DNA from: Deltaproteobacteria bacterium
Lineage (GTDB): Bacteria > Desulfobacterota > Syntrophia > Syntrophales > JACQWR01
Assembly: GCA_016209105.1 (NCBI GenBank)
Contig: JACQWR010000011.1
Span: 132,216 to 196,215 of the forward strand
Reading direction: 5' to 3'
DNA length: 64,000 nt
In this document: positions 63,038 through 64,000 of the stretch, piece after piece
How positions within the stretch are numbered: the first letter of the stretch is position 1
How the letters are laid out: each line of letters starts with the position of its first letter
Notes under the pieces: model-generated
What the model was told of the DNA's origin: nothing
Seen by the model: the letters and a program-made list of their open reading frames with translations, nothing else
Databases searched by the model: none
Made by a program: the position numbers and the translations under genes

Positions 63038-64000
63038 TTCCGTCACATTCGTCATCTTCATCTGCCTCGTGGCGCTGGTCTTCGATTTCATCAACGGCTT
63101 CCACGACTCGGCAAATTCCATTTCAACCGTGGTTTCCACCCGCGTTTTGTCCCCGCGTTACGCCGTCATCTGGGCGGCTTTTTTTAACTTCATCGCCGCG
63201 TTTTTCATCGGGACGCAGGTGGCCAAGACGATCGGAACGGGCATTATCCACCCCGACATTGTGGAAAATCACCTGATTCTTGCCGCCCTGAGCGGCGCCA
63301 TCATCTGGAACCTCATCACCTGGTACTTCGGCCTGCCCAGCAGTTCCTCCCATGCACTGATCGGCGGCCTCATCGGCGTGGGCCTGGTGAAAGGGGGGAC
63401 GGACGTACTCGTTGTCAAGGGCATCACCAAGACCACGCTTTTTATCGTTCTCTCGCCCACGATCGGCCTTTTGCTCGGCCTGGCGCTGATGGTCCTGGTC
63501 CTCAATCTGAGCCGCAACTCGAACATGACAAAATCAGACAAGCTATTCCGGAAGCTGCAGCTTTTCTCCGCGGCCATATACAGCCTCGGACACGGCATGA
63601 ACGACGCGCAGAAAACCATGGGAATCATCGCCATCGTTCTCTACAGCCGGGGGCTTCTGGGACCGACCTTTTATATTCCTTTCTGGATCGTTCTTCTCTG
63701 CCACGCCGTTATTGCCCTGGGAACGCTGACCGGCGGCTGGCGCATCGTCAAGACCATGGGCACCAAGATCACCAAGCTCCGCCCCATGGGGGGGTTCTGC
63801 GCCGAAACAGCGGCAGCAATTACCATCATCGGGGCATCTTTGGGCGGCATCCCCGTCAGCACGACTCACACCATCACCGGCGCCATCGTCGGGGTGGGGG
63901 CAACGAAACGGCTCACCGCCGTGCGCTGGGGGGTTGCGGGAACCATCCTCTGGGCGTGGATCCTGACGATACCGGTATCGGCCTTTCTATCAGCATCCAT
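63030..64000 (+). CDS. pit: Inorganic phosphate transporter, PiT family (3-prime end beyond the window)
   Basis: Own translation from ATG at 63030: MVDSVTFVIFICLVALVFDFINGFHDSANSISTVVSTR... with a second GHGMNDAQKTMG signature. The frame is open to the window end and is not in the supplied ORF track. Confidence 0.85.
   Translation, partial: MVDSVTFVIFICLVALVFDFINGFHDSANSISTVVSTRVLSPRYAVIWAAFFNFIAAFFIGTQVAKTIGTGIIHPDIVENHLILAALSGAIIWNLITWYFGLPSSSSHALIGGLIGVGLVKGGTDVLVVKGITKTTLFIVLSPTIGLLLGLALMVLVLNLSRNSNMTKSDKLFRKLQLFSAAIYSLGHGMNDAQKTMGIIAIVLYSRGLLGPTFYIPFWIVLLCHAVIALGTLTGGWRIVKTMGTKITKLRPMGGFCAETAAAITIIGASLGGIPVSTTHTITGAIVGVGATKRLTAVRWGVAGTILWAWILTIPVSAFLSAS

Noticed and set aside
63034-63276. 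ORF-track entry 63034..63276 (80 aa, Ser/Trp-rich) as the gene after the DUF47 gene
   Set aside because: Wrong frame. The frame starting at ATG 63030 translates to a textbook PiT transporter (FINGFHDSANSI, GHGMNDAQKTMG) and stays open to the window end.
1-64000. tRNA, rRNA, tmRNA, prophage, integrase or transposase genes
   Set aside because: I scanned intergenic regions and the ORF list. No cloverleaf-like T-arm signatures (GGTTCGAATCC-type), rRNA-like stretches or recombinase motifs were seen. A tRNAscan/Infernal run would be needed to exclude small RNAs rigorously.

Overview
Gene-dense, moderately GC-rich chromosomal window. Gene content suggests a strictly anaerobic, sigma54-rich Deltaproteobacteria-type organism (syntroph or metal reducer); this taxonomic call is inference only. 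It rests on a periplasmic selenocysteine formate dehydrogenase, desulfoferrodoxin, glutaconyl-CoA decarboxylase next to an acyl-CoA dehydrogenase, many multiheme cytochromes and three sigma54 activators.

Layout, left to right:
1. fdhAB, with an in-frame UGA (Sec) that splits the ORF track into two ORFs.
2. A long minus-strand operon behind a sigma54 promoter candidate: 5S-type carboxyltransferase, degenerate HMG-CoA-synthase-like/DUF35 fusion, SCP-x-type thiolase, CoA-transferase A/B, acyl-CoA ligase, UbiD decarboxylase, isochorismatase-like hydrolase.
3. PAS-sigma54 activator, then bicupin / EutA-like ATPase / bicupin / CooC-like NTPase, then a minimal biotin carrier, GcdA-type carboxyltransferase and acyl-CoA dehydrogenase.
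4. A small, more AT-rich islet (GNAT, DUF2080-like), then dfx.
5. A MtrAB/PioAB-like porin plus decaheme pair, an NtrC-type regulator, System II cytochrome c biogenesis (resB/ccsA) and a triheme c7.
6. A heme-motif sensor kinase and NtrC-type regulator. Divergent from these is a sigma54-promoter cluster: two paralogous 81-aa membrane proteins flanking a pseudo-receiver, a heptaheme cytochrome, cytochrome b, a nonaheme c7-repeat cytochrome and a HAMP-only heme-motif sensor.
7. A second UbiD locus: class II aldolase, UbiD, split permease, two monocupins, TctAB, PhtD-like decarboxylase, isochorismatase-like hydrolase, ThDP enzyme.
8. mutM.
9. Lysine 2,3-aminomutase plus two ATP-grasp ligases plus a GNAT.
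10. DUF47/PiT phosphate transporter pair, truncated by the window end.

Two families of structured intergenic repeats (about 110-130 bp) are scattered through the window, with at least 11 and 3 copies. No rRNA, tRNA, CRISPR array, transposase or integrase was recognised.

Most interesting candidates:
- the cupin/EutA-like/CooC-like module
- a possible split biotin transcarboxylase
- the two UbiD loci of unknown substrate
- the small-protein/pseudo-receiver/cytochrome cluster, which shares a UAS-like motif with fdh
- the KamA/ATP-grasp/GNAT operon
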